This document shows positions 48,514 through 58,975 of a stretch of 64,000 nt of DNA, in pieces. The stretch lies in NCBI GenBank assembly GCA_029261135.1, contig JAJDBX010000013.1, positions 431-64,430 on the forward strand, given 5' to 3'. Below the pieces are notes generated by a model, which worked only from the letters and a program-made list of their open reading frames with translations, ran no database searches and was not told the origin of the DNA. Positions within the stretch are counted from its first letter, which is position 1; every line of letters begins with the position of its first letter. Source of the DNA: Nitrospirota bacterium. Lineage in GTDB: Bacteria > Nitrospirota > Nitrospiria > SBBL01 > JAADHI01. The translations under genes and the position numbers were made by a program.

Positions 48514-49700
48514 AAGAGATCGCAATTATTGAAGGCGTTCGGACGCCAGTTGGAAATTTAGGTGGGGCACTAAAAGAGATCACAAATCAAAAAATGGGAG
48601 AATTGGTGGTGAGAGAGGTTCTCAAACGTGCCGATATCGATCCCGCACTTGTTGAGGAAGTCATCTTTGGTTGTGTGGGACAATATAGTGATGCGACCAA
48701 CCTTTCCCGCGTCATTATGCTCATGGCCGGGCTCCCCATTACGACACCTGCATATACCGTTGCCCGGAATTGTGCTTCCGGAATGCAGGCCATTGTGAAT
48801 GCCTGTCAAAACATCCTCTCTGAAGATGCGGATCTTCAGATTGCGGGTGGGGTTGAAAATATGAGCCTTGCCCCCTATGTTTCTCGAGATATGCGCTTTG
48901 GTGCACGTTTGAAACATTCGCAAATGATTGACTCAATCTGGGAAGGACTCACCGATGGTTTCTGCGGCCAAATTATGGGCAACACAGCAGAAAACCTGGC
49001 CGAAGAATTTGACATCTCCCGTCAGGAACAAGACAAATATGCCGTCGAAAGTCACAAACGTGCTTTTCGCGCTACGCGTGAAGGGAAACTCCGGGAAGAG
49101 ATTGTCCCTGTTTCGATTCCCAAAAAAGTGGCAGGCAAGGAAGTCACCCCCGAAGTATTTGCCCAAGATGAAGGGCCCAATATCGCACTGACAGAACAAA
49201 TCCTTTCCCTCTACCCAACAATCTTCAAAGAAGGCGGATCTGTCACACCGGGTAACGCCTGTCCCATTAGCGATGGGGCTGCCGCAATTGTGATCATGTC
49301 TGCCGAAAAAGCAAAAACACTTGGGAAAGAACCGCTGGGTTATGTGCGCGGATATGCTTCTGTTGGCGTTGAACCCTCACGAATGGGCATCGGGCCGACA
49401 GCTGCCATTCCAAAAGCACTCCAAAAAGCAAAATGTGCCCTTTCAGACATCGAACTGATCGAAGTCAATGAAGCCTTTGCCGTCCAATACCTTGCGGTTG
49501 AGAGGGAGTTGGGCTTAAATAGAGAGATCACCAATGTGAATGGCGGCGCAATCGCCCTGGGACATCCCGTCGGTATGAGCGGAACGCGTCTCGTTATTAC
49601 GCTTTTAAAAGAAATGAAAAGAAGAAATCTCAGTTTGGGCGTCGCCTCGCTTTGTGTAGGTGGAGGGCTCGGATCTGCTATGGTACTTGAAAGAAAATAG
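48510..49700 (+). CDS. Acetyl-CoA C-acyltransferase (thiolase)
   Basis: NCASG, EVNEAFA, NGGAIALGHP, SLCVGGG. Confidence 0.93.
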   Translation: MKEIAIIEGVRTPVGNLGGALKEITNQKMGELVVREVLKRADIDPALVEEVIFGCVGQYSDATNLSRVIMLMAGLPITTPAYTVARNCASGMQAIVNACQNILSEDADLQIAGGVENMSLAPYVSRDMRFGARLKHSQMIDSIWEGLTDGFCGQIMGNTAENLAEEFDISRQEQDKYAVESHKRAFRATREGKLREEIVPVSIPKKVAGKEVTPEVFAQDEGPNIALTEQILSLYPTIFKEGGSVTPGNACPISDGAAAIVIMSAEKAKTLGKEPLGYVRGYASVGVEPSRMGIGPTAAIPKALQKAKCALSDIELIEVNEAFAVQYLAVERELGLNREITNVNGGAIALGHPVGMSGTRLVITLLKEMKRRNLSLGVASLCVGGGLGSAMVLERK

Positions 49701-49708
49701 GAGAAACG

Positions 49709-50917
49709 ATGTATATTTATAAAGCTGCTGTGATTGGCGCAGGCACGATGGGCGCAGGAATTGCCCAAGTCATTACTTATTCCGGTCTCCCCGTCATTTT
49801 AAGGGATATGAATCAAGAAGCCGTTGATCGTGGTCTTGCAACCGTTCGTAAAATCTATCAAAACCGGGTCGATAAAGGGAAAATGACTGAATCTGAAATG
49901 GAACAGAAGATGGCCCTGGTTTCTGGGGCAACAGACAATTCCGGTTTCTCAGATGTGGATATCGTCATTGAAGCGATTTATGAAGATATCGCTGTAAAAC
50001 AAAAACTATTCCAGGAACTCGAATCGGTTTGTCCTGAAGGATGCATTTTTGCCAGCAATACCTCTTCCCTGCCCATTTCAGCCATCGCCTCAGCCACAAA
50101 AAAACCGGACAAAGTGATTGGCATGCATTTTTTTAATCCCGCACCCGTCATGAAACTCATTGAAGTCATCCCCGGATTGGGGACTTCGGACGAAACCATT
50201 GACGACGTGGTTTTATTTTCTGAAAGTCTTCGAAAGATTCCCATTCGCGTACAAGAATGTGCGGGATTCCTGGTGAATCGACTTTTAATGCCCTACTTAA
50301 ATGAAGCGGCAATTGCACTGCAAGAAGGGGCGGAACCCGCAAAATCCATTGATGCGGCGCTTGTCGATTTCGGGATGCCCATGGGCCCTTTAACCTTATT
50401 TGACATGGTCGGCATTGATGTTTCAGTCAAGGTCTCGGACATCCTTCATGATGCGTACGGCCCACGCGCAACAGCCGCCGCCATTCTTCGTGAACTCGAA
50501 AAAGCAAACAGACTCGGGACAAAAAATGGCGCGGGGTTTTATGAATATGATGATGAAAAGAGAGAAGACCTCCAAATCTTGATTGATAAGGTAGAAAATA
50601 AAGGCGTTGAAAAGTCTGAATTTTCAGCAAACAGACTGATCATGCCCATGATCAATGAGGCCGTCATCTCTCTACAGGAGGGGGTTGCTTCTGCAGAGGA
50701 TATCGACATCGCCATGATGGCCGGCACGGGGTTTCCACAAGATAAAGGGGGGCCGCTTCATTATGCCGATCAAATCGGGGTCGATGTCGTTTTATCCGAA
50801 CTTGAATCCCTCACAAAAGCACACGGAGAGCGCTTCTGGCCCGCCCCGATGCTCAAGCGAATGGTACTGGGCGGGTATCTGGGGGAAAAGGCCGGAAAAG
50901 GCTTTTTCCATTATTAA
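49709..50917 (+). CDS. 3-hydroxyacyl-CoA dehydrogenase (duplicated C-terminal domain)
   Basis: VIGAGTMGAGIA, ASNTSSL, GMHFFNP, GFLVNR, PMGP. Confidence 0.92.
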   Translation: MYIYKAAVIGAGTMGAGIAQVITYSGLPVILRDMNQEAVDRGLATVRKIYQNRVDKGKMTESEMEQKMALVSGATDNSGFSDVDIVIEAIYEDIAVKQKLFQELESVCPEGCIFASNTSSLPISAIASATKKPDKVIGMHFFNPAPVMKLIEVIPGLGTSDETIDDVVLFSESLRKIPIRVQECAGFLVNRLLMPYLNEAAIALQEGAEPAKSIDAALVDFGMPMGPLTLFDMVGIDVSVKVSDILHDAYGPRATAAAILRELEKANRLGTKNGAGFYEYDDEKREDLQILIDKVENKGVEKSEFSANRLIMPMINEAVISLQEGVASAEDIDIAMMAGTGFPQDKGGPLHYADQIGVDVVLSELESLTKAHGERFWPAPMLKRMVLGGYLGEKAGKGFFHY

Positions 50918-50945
50918 TAGTTGCATCACCCATTAGGAGGCACCC

Positions 50946-51725
50946 TTGGCAGAACAACTGATAAACGTGATAGAAGATGACGCGGTCGCAACCCTCACGA
51001 TCAATAATCCCCCCAAAAATGTGCTGACCATCCCATTAATGGGTGAATTAGAAAAGTCCATTGATGAAATTTCCAATAATCCTGCAATTAAAGCCGTCGT
51101 TATTACAGGCTCCGGGCCGCTTTTTATTGCCGGGGCCGATATCAAAGTCATTGCGTCAATCAAATCCACAGATGATGGCGAATCGCTTGCAAAAAAAGGG
51201 CAGGCCCTTTTTAACAAAATCGAGCAGATGCAAAAAGTCGTGCTCGCAGCTATCAACGGATATTGCCTCGGTGGCGGAATGGAATTGGCCATGGCTTGTC
51301 ATATTCGCATTGCGGGTGATCGATCCCGGATGGGACAGCCTGAAATCAATCTCGGGATTATTCCTGGATTTGGTGGCACACAGCGGCTTCCGAGAATTGT
51401 GGGGCAAGCAAAGGCCATTGAACTCATTTTAAGTGGCGACATGATTAATGCCGAAGAAGCGAAGCGGATTGGCCTCGTAAATAAAGTGGTGCCAGAAGGA
51501 GAAGTCCTAAAGCAAGCAATGGGCATGGCGAAGAAACTCGCCTCAAAAAGCCGTTGTACCATTGAAGCCATTCTCAAAGCCATAGAAGAAGGGATGAATG
51601 AACCGCTTTCAATCGGCTTGAGCCGGGAAGCGCAACTCTTTGGAGAAATTTGCCAGACAGAAGATATGAAAGAAGGGGTCACCGCATTCCTCGAAAAACG
51701 ACAACCGAAGTTTCAAGATAAATAA
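50946..51725 (+). CDS. Enoyl-CoA hydratase
   Basis: FIAGADI, INGYCLGGGMELAMAC, PEINLGIIPGFGGTQRL. Confidence 0.93.
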   Translation: MAEQLINVIEDDAVATLTINNPPKNVLTIPLMGELEKSIDEISNNPAIKAVVITGSGPLFIAGADIKVIASIKSTDDGESLAKKGQALFNKIEQMQKVVLAAINGYCLGGGMELAMACHIRIAGDRSRMGQPEINLGIIPGFGGTQRLPRIVGQAKAIELILSGDMINAEEAKRIGLVNKVVPEGEVLKQAMGMAKKLASKSRCTIEAILKAIEEGMNEPLSIGLSREAQLFGEICQTEDMKEGVTAFLEKRQPKFQDK

Positions 51726-51736
51726 AAAGAGGACTT

Positions 51737-52897
51737 ATGGATTTTAATTTCACAGAAGAACAAACAATGCTCCGCGACATGGTTCGGAAATTTGTGGATA
51801 AGGAGATCAAGCCGCTCGCACAACAGATTGACAAAGAACACAATGTCGATCTCGTCAAATCAATATTCAAAAAAGGATCTGCGCTTGGCCTTTACGGTAC
51901 CCCCTTTCCTGAAGCCTACGGCGGCTCCGGCATGGGTGAAACGGGCTACGCCATTCTAATTGAAGAACTCTCACGCGGCTGCGCCTCGACCAGTGTCACC
52001 ATCGGCGCACATATCGGTCTGGCAGGCATGTCCATCCTCATTGGTGGAAACGAGGAACAAAAGAAAAAATACCTAAGCTCCATCGCATCCGGAGAAAAAA
52101 TGGGCGCTTATGCCCTCACAGAACCCGGTGCGGGTTCTGATGCGGCCAGCTTGCAACTTTCGGCAAAAGAAGAAGGCGACGATTATATTCTGAATGGCAC
52201 TAAACTCTGGATTACCAATGGCGATATCGCAGACATCATTGTCGTTTATGGACTGACCAACCCTGAGCTCAAAGCCAGAGGCGGGATAACCGCATTTATT
52301 GTCGAAGCACCAAGCGCCGGTTTTTCGGCAAATCGCATCGAAGATAAAATGGGTCTGCGGGGTTCTGCCACGGCCGAATTGGTGTTTGAAAACGTGCGTG
52401 TACCTAAAGAAAATGTATTGGGAAAAGTTGGAATGGGATTTGCGATTGCGATGGAAACACTCGACGAATCCCGGCTTTCATTGGCGGCCGCCTGCATCGG
52501 TGCAGCAAAAGAAGTGCTTTCCATGTCTGTCGATTTTTCGAAAAAACGCGTCGCATTTAAACAAGCCATTGCAAGCTTTCAGGCCATTCAATTTATGATT
52601 GCGGATATGTCGGCAGAAATTTATCAAATGGAATCCATTGTGTATCGCACAGCATGGCTCTATGACCAGGGGAAAAAGATCCCGAGAGAAGGTGCGATTT
52701 GCAAACTTTTCTGCTCCGAAGCCTTAGACCGTATTGTGGATAAAGCGGTACAAATTCACGGCGGGAACGGGTTTATGGGGGAACATCCCGTTGAACGATT
52801 CTATCGGGATTCGCGTGTCAATCGTATTTTTGAAGGCACCAGTGAGATCCAGCGCATGGTCATTGCAGAAGATGTCATCAAAAACGGGAGTGATTAA
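51737..52897 (+). CDS. Acyl-CoA dehydrogenase
   Basis: ALTEPGAGSD, NGTKLWITNG, KMGLRGS, QIHGGNG, RIFEGTSEIQR. Confidence 0.93.
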   Translation: MDFNFTEEQTMLRDMVRKFVDKEIKPLAQQIDKEHNVDLVKSIFKKGSALGLYGTPFPEAYGGSGMGETGYAILIEELSRGCASTSVTIGAHIGLAGMSILIGGNEEQKKKYLSSIASGEKMGAYALTEPGAGSDAASLQLSAKEEGDDYILNGTKLWITNGDIADIIVVYGLTNPELKARGGITAFIVEAPSAGFSANRIEDKMGLRGSATAELVFENVRVPKENVLGKVGMGFAIAMETLDESRLSLAAACIGAAKEVLSMSVDFSKKRVAFKQAIASFQAIQFMIADMSAEIYQMESIVYRTAWLYDQGKKIPREGAICKLFCSEALDRIVDKAVQIHGGNGFMGEHPVERFYRDSRVNRIFEGTSEIQRMVIAEDVIKNGSD

Positions 52898-52899
52898 AC

Positions 52900-53694
52900 A
52901 TGAATATTGCGGCCTGCATTAAACAAGTCCCTGCGACAGAATCTAAAATACGCCCTTCGACGGATGGAAAAGATATAGATCGGACGGGCCTTTCTTATGT
53001 GGTCAATCCCTATGATGAATTCGGTGTCGAAGAAGGACTCAAAATAAAAGAACAACTGGGTGATGGAAGCGTCACGGCAATCAGCATCGGCGGTGAAAAA
53101 GTCGCAGAAGCCTTACGGACCTGTCTGGCTGTCGGTAGTGATCAAGCCATTCATATTCAAGACGATGCCATTGAAGGGAGCGATGGCCATGCCATCGCGC
53201 GTATCCTCGCCGCAGCACTCAAAAAGAGCGATTACGATATTATCTTTTTCGGAAGGCAGGCTATTGATGATGACAGCGGTGCGATTGGAATTCATGTGGC
53301 CGATCTGATGGGATTGCCGCATGTGGCCGGGATCAACAAACTTGAAATCATTCCTGACGAAAAACGGGCTGTGGCCAACCGGCAGATCGAAGGCGCGACA
53401 GAGGTGATCGAGATTTCCCTTCCGGCAATATTTACCTGTCAGAAAGGGCTCAACGAACCCCGTTATGCATCACTTCCGGGCATTATGAAAGCTAAGCAAA
53501 AACCGATGACGGTTTTGAGCCTCTCAGATCTGGAGATCAGTGCAGACAGCGTGGACAGCTCCAAGGCAAAAACAACGGTGATTAAAATAGAATCCCCCCC
53601 GGCGCGATCCGCCGGGATCATCATTGAAGGCAGTCCAAGTGAAGCGGTTGCGGAACTGATTCGACTTCTTCGTGAAGAAGCGAAAGTGCTGTAG
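52900..53694 (+). CDS. etfB: Electron transfer flavoprotein beta subunit
   Basis: CIKQVP, NPYDEFGVEE, GRQAIDDDSG, NEPRYASLPGIMKAK. Confidence 0.92.
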   Translation: MNIAACIKQVPATESKIRPSTDGKDIDRTGLSYVVNPYDEFGVEEGLKIKEQLGDGSVTAISIGGEKVAEALRTCLAVGSDQAIHIQDDAIEGSDGHAIARILAAALKKSDYDIIFFGRQAIDDDSGAIGIHVADLMGLPHVAGINKLEIIPDEKRAVANRQIEGATEVIEISLPAIFTCQKGLNEPRYASLPGIMKAKQKPMTVLSLSDLEISADSVDSSKAKTTVIKIESPPARSAGIIIEGSPSEAVAELIRLLREEAKVL

Positions 53695-53735
53695 TTTTCT
53701 AAAATTGAATCGGTCAATTGTAATGAGGAGATCAT

Positions 53736-54722
53736 ATGTTCAATATTCTCGTCTTTTGTGAACAAAGAGACGGAAAGATCAAACGCGTGGCTTTAGAAGC
53801 GCTTGGCGCGGCCTTAAGCTTGACATCAGACGGCGATCAAGTCACTGCCGTCTTAATCGGTGAAAATATTGCCTCTCAAAAAGAGACCTTGGTCTCGGGG
53901 GGGGCGGATAAAATTATCCTGGTTGAAGCGCTCACTCTTAATACCTATTCTTCAGAAGCTTATGGGCGCATCGTTTCAGATATTGCAAAAAAGGAGAATG
54001 CCTCTCTCATCTTGATGTCTGCAACCGCGATGGGGAAAGATCTGGGACCCAAAGTCTCTGCCCGTCTTGAAGGGCCTTTTGCCGGAGATTGCATCAAGCT
54101 CACACTCGATGATGAGGGGAAAATGACCGCCACCCGTCCCATCTACGGGGGAAAAGCCACCTCAACTGTTCTGAGCCATCAGGCCAGTTTTCAAGTGGCC
54201 ACACTGCGTCCGAATGTTTTTTCTGTACATGATCAAGCAGCCACCCAAGACCCCCAGGTCGAAAACTATTCAGAAATACCGGATCTTTCAAACTTGAAAG
54301 CCATCATCAAAGAGGTTGTTTCTACTGCCGGTTCAAAAATCGAGTTGACCGAAGCCAATATTATCGTCTCCGGTGGTCGCGGAGTCAAAGGACCTGAACA
54401 CTTCGATATAATCGAAGCCCTGGCTGAAGCACTCGGCGGTGCGGTCGGCGCTTCTCGTGCGGCTGTGGATGCGGGATGGAAACCCCACAGCTACCAAGTG
54501 GGACTCACGGGAAAAACGGTCTCCCCTTCTTTGTATATCGCATGCGGGATTTCAGGGGCGATACAGCATCAAGCCGGGATGTCTTCTTCAAAATATATTG
54601 TTGCGATCAACAAAGATCCAAACGCCCCTATTTTCAAGATTGCAAATTACGGCATTGTGGCCGACCTTTTTGAAATTGTCCCGCTCTTGACAGAAGCCGT
54701 AAAAAAAATGAAGAATGAGTAA
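53736..54722 (+). CDS. etfA: Electron transfer flavoprotein alpha subunit
   Basis: RPIYGGK, VSGGRG, VGASRAAVDAGW, QVGLTGK, GISGAIQH, AINKD. Confidence 0.93.
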   Translation: MFNILVFCEQRDGKIKRVALEALGAALSLTSDGDQVTAVLIGENIASQKETLVSGGADKIILVEALTLNTYSSEAYGRIVSDIAKKENASLILMSATAMGKDLGPKVSARLEGPFAGDCIKLTLDDEGKMTATRPIYGGKATSTVLSHQASFQVATLRPNVFSVHDQAATQDPQVENYSEIPDLSNLKAIIKEVVSTAGSKIELTEANIIVSGGRGVKGPEHFDIIEALAEALGGAVGASRAAVDAGWKPHSYQVGLTGKTVSPSLYIACGISGAIQHQAGMSSSKYIVAINKDPNAPIFKIANYGIVADLFEIVPLLTEAVKKMKNE

Positions 54723-54817
54723 GCACCCTCTCCCCGACCTAAACGCGTCTCCCTTTTATACGAGGGGGAGGAAGATATGCCCTCTTCATTTTAAGAAAAA
54801 GCCGTTGGAGGATTTCT

Positions 54818-56128
54818 TTGTCTGATAAATTTGATGTCGCTATCGTCGGGGCGGGCCCATCCGGCTCGGCAGCGGCGCTGACCTTAGCAAAAGCAGGATT
54901 ATCCGTCGTTGTTTTTGAGCGCGGTGAATTTCCGGGCGCCAAAAATATGTTTGGCGGGGTGCTTTATACCTCGATTCTGAATCGCCTTGTGCCAAACTTT
55001 TGGGAAGAAGCACCGCTTGAGCGCCATATCACTAAACGCCGATTCGGACTTTTTTCTGAAAAGGCCGAGGCCGCATTTGAATTTAGTTGTCAAGATTTCA
55101 ACCAATCTCCCCCTTTCAACCAAAGCTTTTCAGCCCTCCGTGCTCAATTTGATCCTTGGCTTGCCAAAAAAGCGGAAGAAGCCGGTGCCCTCATTATTCC
55201 TGAAACGGTGGTGGATGATTTACTTTGGAATGAGGGTCAAGTTATCGGGGTAAAAGCCAGACGAGAAGGGGGCGAGATTGAGGCCAATGTGGTCATTGCT
55301 GCCGATGGCGTCAATTCTTTTATCGCAAAGAAAAGCGGGCTCAGAAAAGACTTTAATTGGAATGTACTCGCCGTCGGCGCCAAAGAAATTATTGCGCTGC
55401 CCCGAGAAACCATCGAAGACCGTTTCTCACTCGAAGGTGATGAAGGCGTGGCCATGGAATTCTTCGGAGACGCCGTCGCCGGAACCGTGGGTGCTGGATT
55501 TATTTATACGAACAAAGAGAGTCTTTCCGTCGGTGTCGCTTGTTCCATTAATGCCTTTATCGACCAAAAGATTGTCCCCAATGACTTACTCGAACGATTT
55601 AAAAAACATCCCAGTATTCGGCGTCTCATTCGTAAAGGGGAAACCCTCGAATATTCCGGACATATGATTCCAGAGGGGGGATTCAAGCAAGTGCCGGAGG
55701 TACTCACGGATGGCCTGCTTCTAGTCGGAGACGCCGCTCACTTGGTCAATGCCTCCTTTTATCATGAAGGAACCAATCTTGCCATGGCATCAGGGCTTTA
55801 TGCAGCCGAAACCATTATTGAAGCCAAAGAAAAAGGGGATTTTTCACGGCGAGGACTTGAATCTTATCGCAAAAAATTAGAAGAGAGCTTTGTATTGAAA
55901 GATCTTCAGAAATACCGGAACGTCGAAGCGTGGGCGCATAAAAACCCGAAGTTCTTTAAAGCATATCCTGATCTTTGCCTCGACTTGCTGAAAGACTATT
56001 TCACGGTATCGGAAAAACCAAAAGGCACAATACAAAAAGAGATCGTCAAAAAAATCCGCTCAAACATCAACCCGCTCCGCATGCTGGTCGAAATCAACAA
56101 ACTCAGAAAAACCTTCTTCTCATCTTAA
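54818..56128 (+). CDS. fixC: FixC-family FAD-dependent ETF oxidoreductase
   Basis: IVGAGPSG, ERGEFPGAKNMFGG, ADGVNS, GFIYTNKESLSVG, EYSGHMIPEGG, GDAA. Confidence 0.88.
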   Translation: MSDKFDVAIVGAGPSGSAAALTLAKAGLSVVVFERGEFPGAKNMFGGVLYTSILNRLVPNFWEEAPLERHITKRRFGLFSEKAEAAFEFSCQDFNQSPPFNQSFSALRAQFDPWLAKKAEEAGALIIPETVVDDLLWNEGQVIGVKARREGGEIEANVVIAADGVNSFIAKKSGLRKDFNWNVLAVGAKEIIALPRETIEDRFSLEGDEGVAMEFFGDAVAGTVGAGFIYTNKESLSVGVACSINAFIDQKIVPNDLLERFKKHPSIRRLIRKGETLEYSGHMIPEGGFKQVPEVLTDGLLLVGDAAHLVNASFYHEGTNLAMASGLYAAETIIEAKEKGDFSRRGLESYRKKLEESFVLKDLQKYRNVEAWAHKNPKFFKAYPDLCLDLLKDYFTVSEKPKGTIQKEIVKKIRSNINPLRMLVEINKLRKTFFSS

Positions 56129-56475
56129 AGTAACACGCGTCATTCAGTGCAAGTCCTATTTGAATGGATTTGAGGGTTTGGCCGGAAAGGTCTTTCCATT
56201 CGATGAGGCCGTAAGTATTTTGGACGATTATCATTAGTGCTTCTCTCTGATTCTGATTTTTAAAAAATAAAGGGCAATCATAGGCTTGACCTCTTATTAC
56301 ACGCTTCCATTTGGGGGAGTTTCGATATTATTTAAATTCGTCAAGGGAATGAGAAATGTCATTCGATCAAAAATATTTGGCAGGGAACTCAGCAGATTTA
56401 TGTGGAGTGGTTATACTATAGTTATCTGTCTCAAACGAATATTGTTTACATTCAGAACTTTTTAAATCCGAAACG

Positions 56476-58110
56476 GTGTTGTTTGTCGTGAAAACACAGC
56501 AAAAAATAGTCCTTTTCCCGCTCAGCCTCATGATTTGCATCATGACGCTGAGCTTTGTCGTTCTTGAATCCTCTCTTGAATCCTTCCTCGAAAAACGGAT
56601 GCAGGTAGAGCTTCAGGCTTTTGCATCCATGTCGCTGGACTCTTTAAGTTTCCTAGAAAATAAAAGAGATTTTTCTTCTGTCGATGATCTTGCAGATAAT
56701 CTCGGGGCACTTTCTGGCGCAAGAATTACTTTTATCGATACAAAAGGTGTGGTTTGGGGGGATTCGGATTTGAGCTTGGAAGAAGTTAAAGGAATTGAAA
56801 ATCACGCCAAGCGCCCGGAGGTGATTCTAGCGATGAAGGAGGGTTTTGGTTCCTCCAAACGCTACAGTACCAGCGTAAAACAGGAAATGTTATATGTTGC
56901 TGTATTTAAGAACAGCAAAGCACGTGATACAAAGTATCTGTCACGAGCCTCATTTTCCCTAGGAATTGTTGCCGAGGAGATGAGACGCTGGCAATGGATG
57001 TTCCTGGTGATCGGTTTTTTGAGTTTAATCGCGGTCTCCTTTTTTGGATGGCTTGCGGGGCGGATGATTTCTAGAGCCGTAAAACGTGAGAAAAATCATT
57101 TGGAGCAGCGGGTTACAGATCGCACACGAGAAATCTCATTGATACAGACGATGGGAGGAATGCTGAATGCCTGTGCCTCGATTGATGAGGTCGGGGCAAT
57201 TATCACGAATATTATGCCGGATCTGTTCCCTCACACGCATGGCGCAGTCGCAATACTCAAGGCTTCACGCAACCGTCTGGAAATACTGGCAAGCTGGGGC
57301 AGACCTTGGCCGATCGAACAGGGTTTTCATCCGAAAGAATGTTGGGCTTTAAAAAAAGGTCATCAGCATTTTTCTCATTCTGAATCGCTCAAAATCCCTT
57401 GCCCACATCTTCTTCTTGACTTATCTGTGCAAAGTCTTTGTGTCCCGCTGCTTGCTCAGACTGAAACCATCGGCACCTTTCATTTGCTCAGCGATGCAGT
57501 CTTAACGGAAGAGAATACACGTCTCGTGACGCCTCTGGTGAAGCAGCTTGGTTTGGCTTTGGCCAACATCCAGCTTCGCGATCATCTGCGGGAACAAGCG
57601 ATCCGTGATCCATTAACCGGGATGTATAATCGCCGTTATATGATGGAGTCCTTCGAGCAGTTTCTCAGTCGGGCAAAAAGAAAAGAATCAACGGTCGCTG
57701 TGATGATGGTTGATTTTGATCATTTTAAGCGTTTTAATGACACCTTTGGTCATGAAGCGGGGGACTTTGTTTTGGTCAATATCTCCCGTGAGATTAAGCG
57801 GAACATGCGTGCTGAAGACATTGTTTGCCGTTACGGCGGAGAAGAATTTTTCTTGGTTTGCCCTGATATCTCTTTAGATAATGCCCCTATGGTTGCGAAT
57901 AAGTTGTGCGAATCGATTCGCCGACTGGATCTGAGTCTCAAGAAAAAATCACTGGGCAGTTTGTCCATCTCTATTGGCATCTCTGTTTTCCCAATACATG
58001 CGGATTCCGTGGAGGGATTGATGAAATTGGCCGACGAAGCGTTGTACCGGGCAAAATCCGAAGGACGAGACCGCACCATGCTTGCCGAACTGGAACCAAC
58101 GCTTCCTTAA
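56476..58110 (+). CDS. Membrane diguanylate cyclase (PhoR-like sensor + GAF + GGDEF)
   Basis: Two TMs; RITFID..G.V.GDS..ENHAKRPEV..RYSTSV; CWAL GAF; DPLTGMYNRR, DHFKRFNDTFGH, RAED I-site, GGEEF. Confidence 0.9.
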   Translation: MLFVVKTQQKIVLFPLSLMICIMTLSFVVLESSLESFLEKRMQVELQAFASMSLDSLSFLENKRDFSSVDDLADNLGALSGARITFIDTKGVVWGDSDLSLEEVKGIENHAKRPEVILAMKEGFGSSKRYSTSVKQEMLYVAVFKNSKARDTKYLSRASFSLGIVAEEMRRWQWMFLVIGFLSLIAVSFFGWLAGRMISRAVKREKNHLEQRVTDRTREISLIQTMGGMLNACASIDEVGAIITNIMPDLFPHTHGAVAILKASRNRLEILASWGRPWPIEQGFHPKECWALKKGHQHFSHSESLKIPCPHLLLDLSVQSLCVPLLAQTETIGTFHLLSDAVLTEENTRLVTPLVKQLGLALANIQLRDHLREQAIRDPLTGMYNRRYMMESFEQFLSRAKRKESTVAVMMVDFDHFKRFNDTFGHEAGDFVLVNISREIKRNMRAEDIVCRYGGEEFFLVCPDISLDNAPMVANKLCESIRRLDLSLKKKSLGSLSISIGISVFPIHADSVEGLMKLADEALYRAKSEGRDRTMLAELEPTLP

Positions 58111-58274
58111 AAAACGTCTCAATTCTATTTTTAATTCTGGAATTTGTGGCAAATTATTCTTAATGGCTCCCATGATATTTTCGACTTGGGCTAGGCGTTA
58201 CGTTTCTTTATCTTCAGAAAAAGGGGTCAAGCCTGCTGTTGACTTTTATTTATTGATGTCACATTGTCGCGGCC

Positions 58275-58860
58275 ATGTCTCACGCTACGTCTTTTATAGC
58301 CCGGAATATGGTATCACGTCATGAACCGGGGTCGAAATGGGGAAGGTGCTTCTCTTCATCTGAAGACAATCTCGCCTTTCTTGATCTGCTGAAAGAATCA
58401 ATTGCTCTTTGGGGTATTCGGATTAGTCCATATTGCATGATGCCGAATCACGATCCCCTTTTGCTTTAAACGCCGGATGCAAACTTGGATCAATGTATGT
58501 GGCATATCAACGGTAATTAGACACAACGATTTAATCGACAACACAAAAAAGAAGGCTCGCTTTTTCGCAGCAGGTACAAATCGATCCTCCATGAAGAAGA
58601 CAACTATCTCCTGAAACTCGTAAAATAGATCCACCGGAATCCACTTCGTGACGGTTGGATCCGCAAGTTTCAAGAGCTGGCTGAAAGAGAAGTTTTTCCC
58701 CGGTCAGATCAACAGGAGATACGGCGATTTACCTGACTCGGCAGTACTGAAGGGACACTCTAAAAAAAAATCGGCTTGGCATTCAGCATATCAAAATACA
58801 GCACAGTTAGCACCATACCATTAAACATAAAAGAGCAGTTATCAAAAGATGAGCAACTGA
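58275..58860 (+). pseudogene. REP-associated tyrosine transposase (Y1/RAYT)-like remnant
   Basis: WYHVMNRG, YCMMPNH, HING, RFNR, RYKSIL, IHRNP across frames with many stops; trailing KYSTVS helix. Confidence 0.75.
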
Positions 58861-58865
58861 GAGCA

Positions 58866-58975
58866 ATGGATTCGCTTATTTTTGCGTGGGCTTCTTGCCC
58901 AAAGCGCTTTCTAAAGTGTGTCAGCATCGAATCGTGAAACGAGGCTGTATCTTGATACGAAGACAGACCGAGTGA
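58866..58975 (-). pseudogene. IS5-like transposase fragment
   Basis: LGLSSYQDTASFHDSMLTHFRKRFG resembles the IS5-family N-terminal segment. Confidence 0.55.

Noticed and set aside
56104-56235. Minus-strand mini-ORF with GLIEWKDLSGQTLK (DUF4357-like) or a hidden fixX
   Set aside because: Too short to support; lacks ferredoxin Cys motifs
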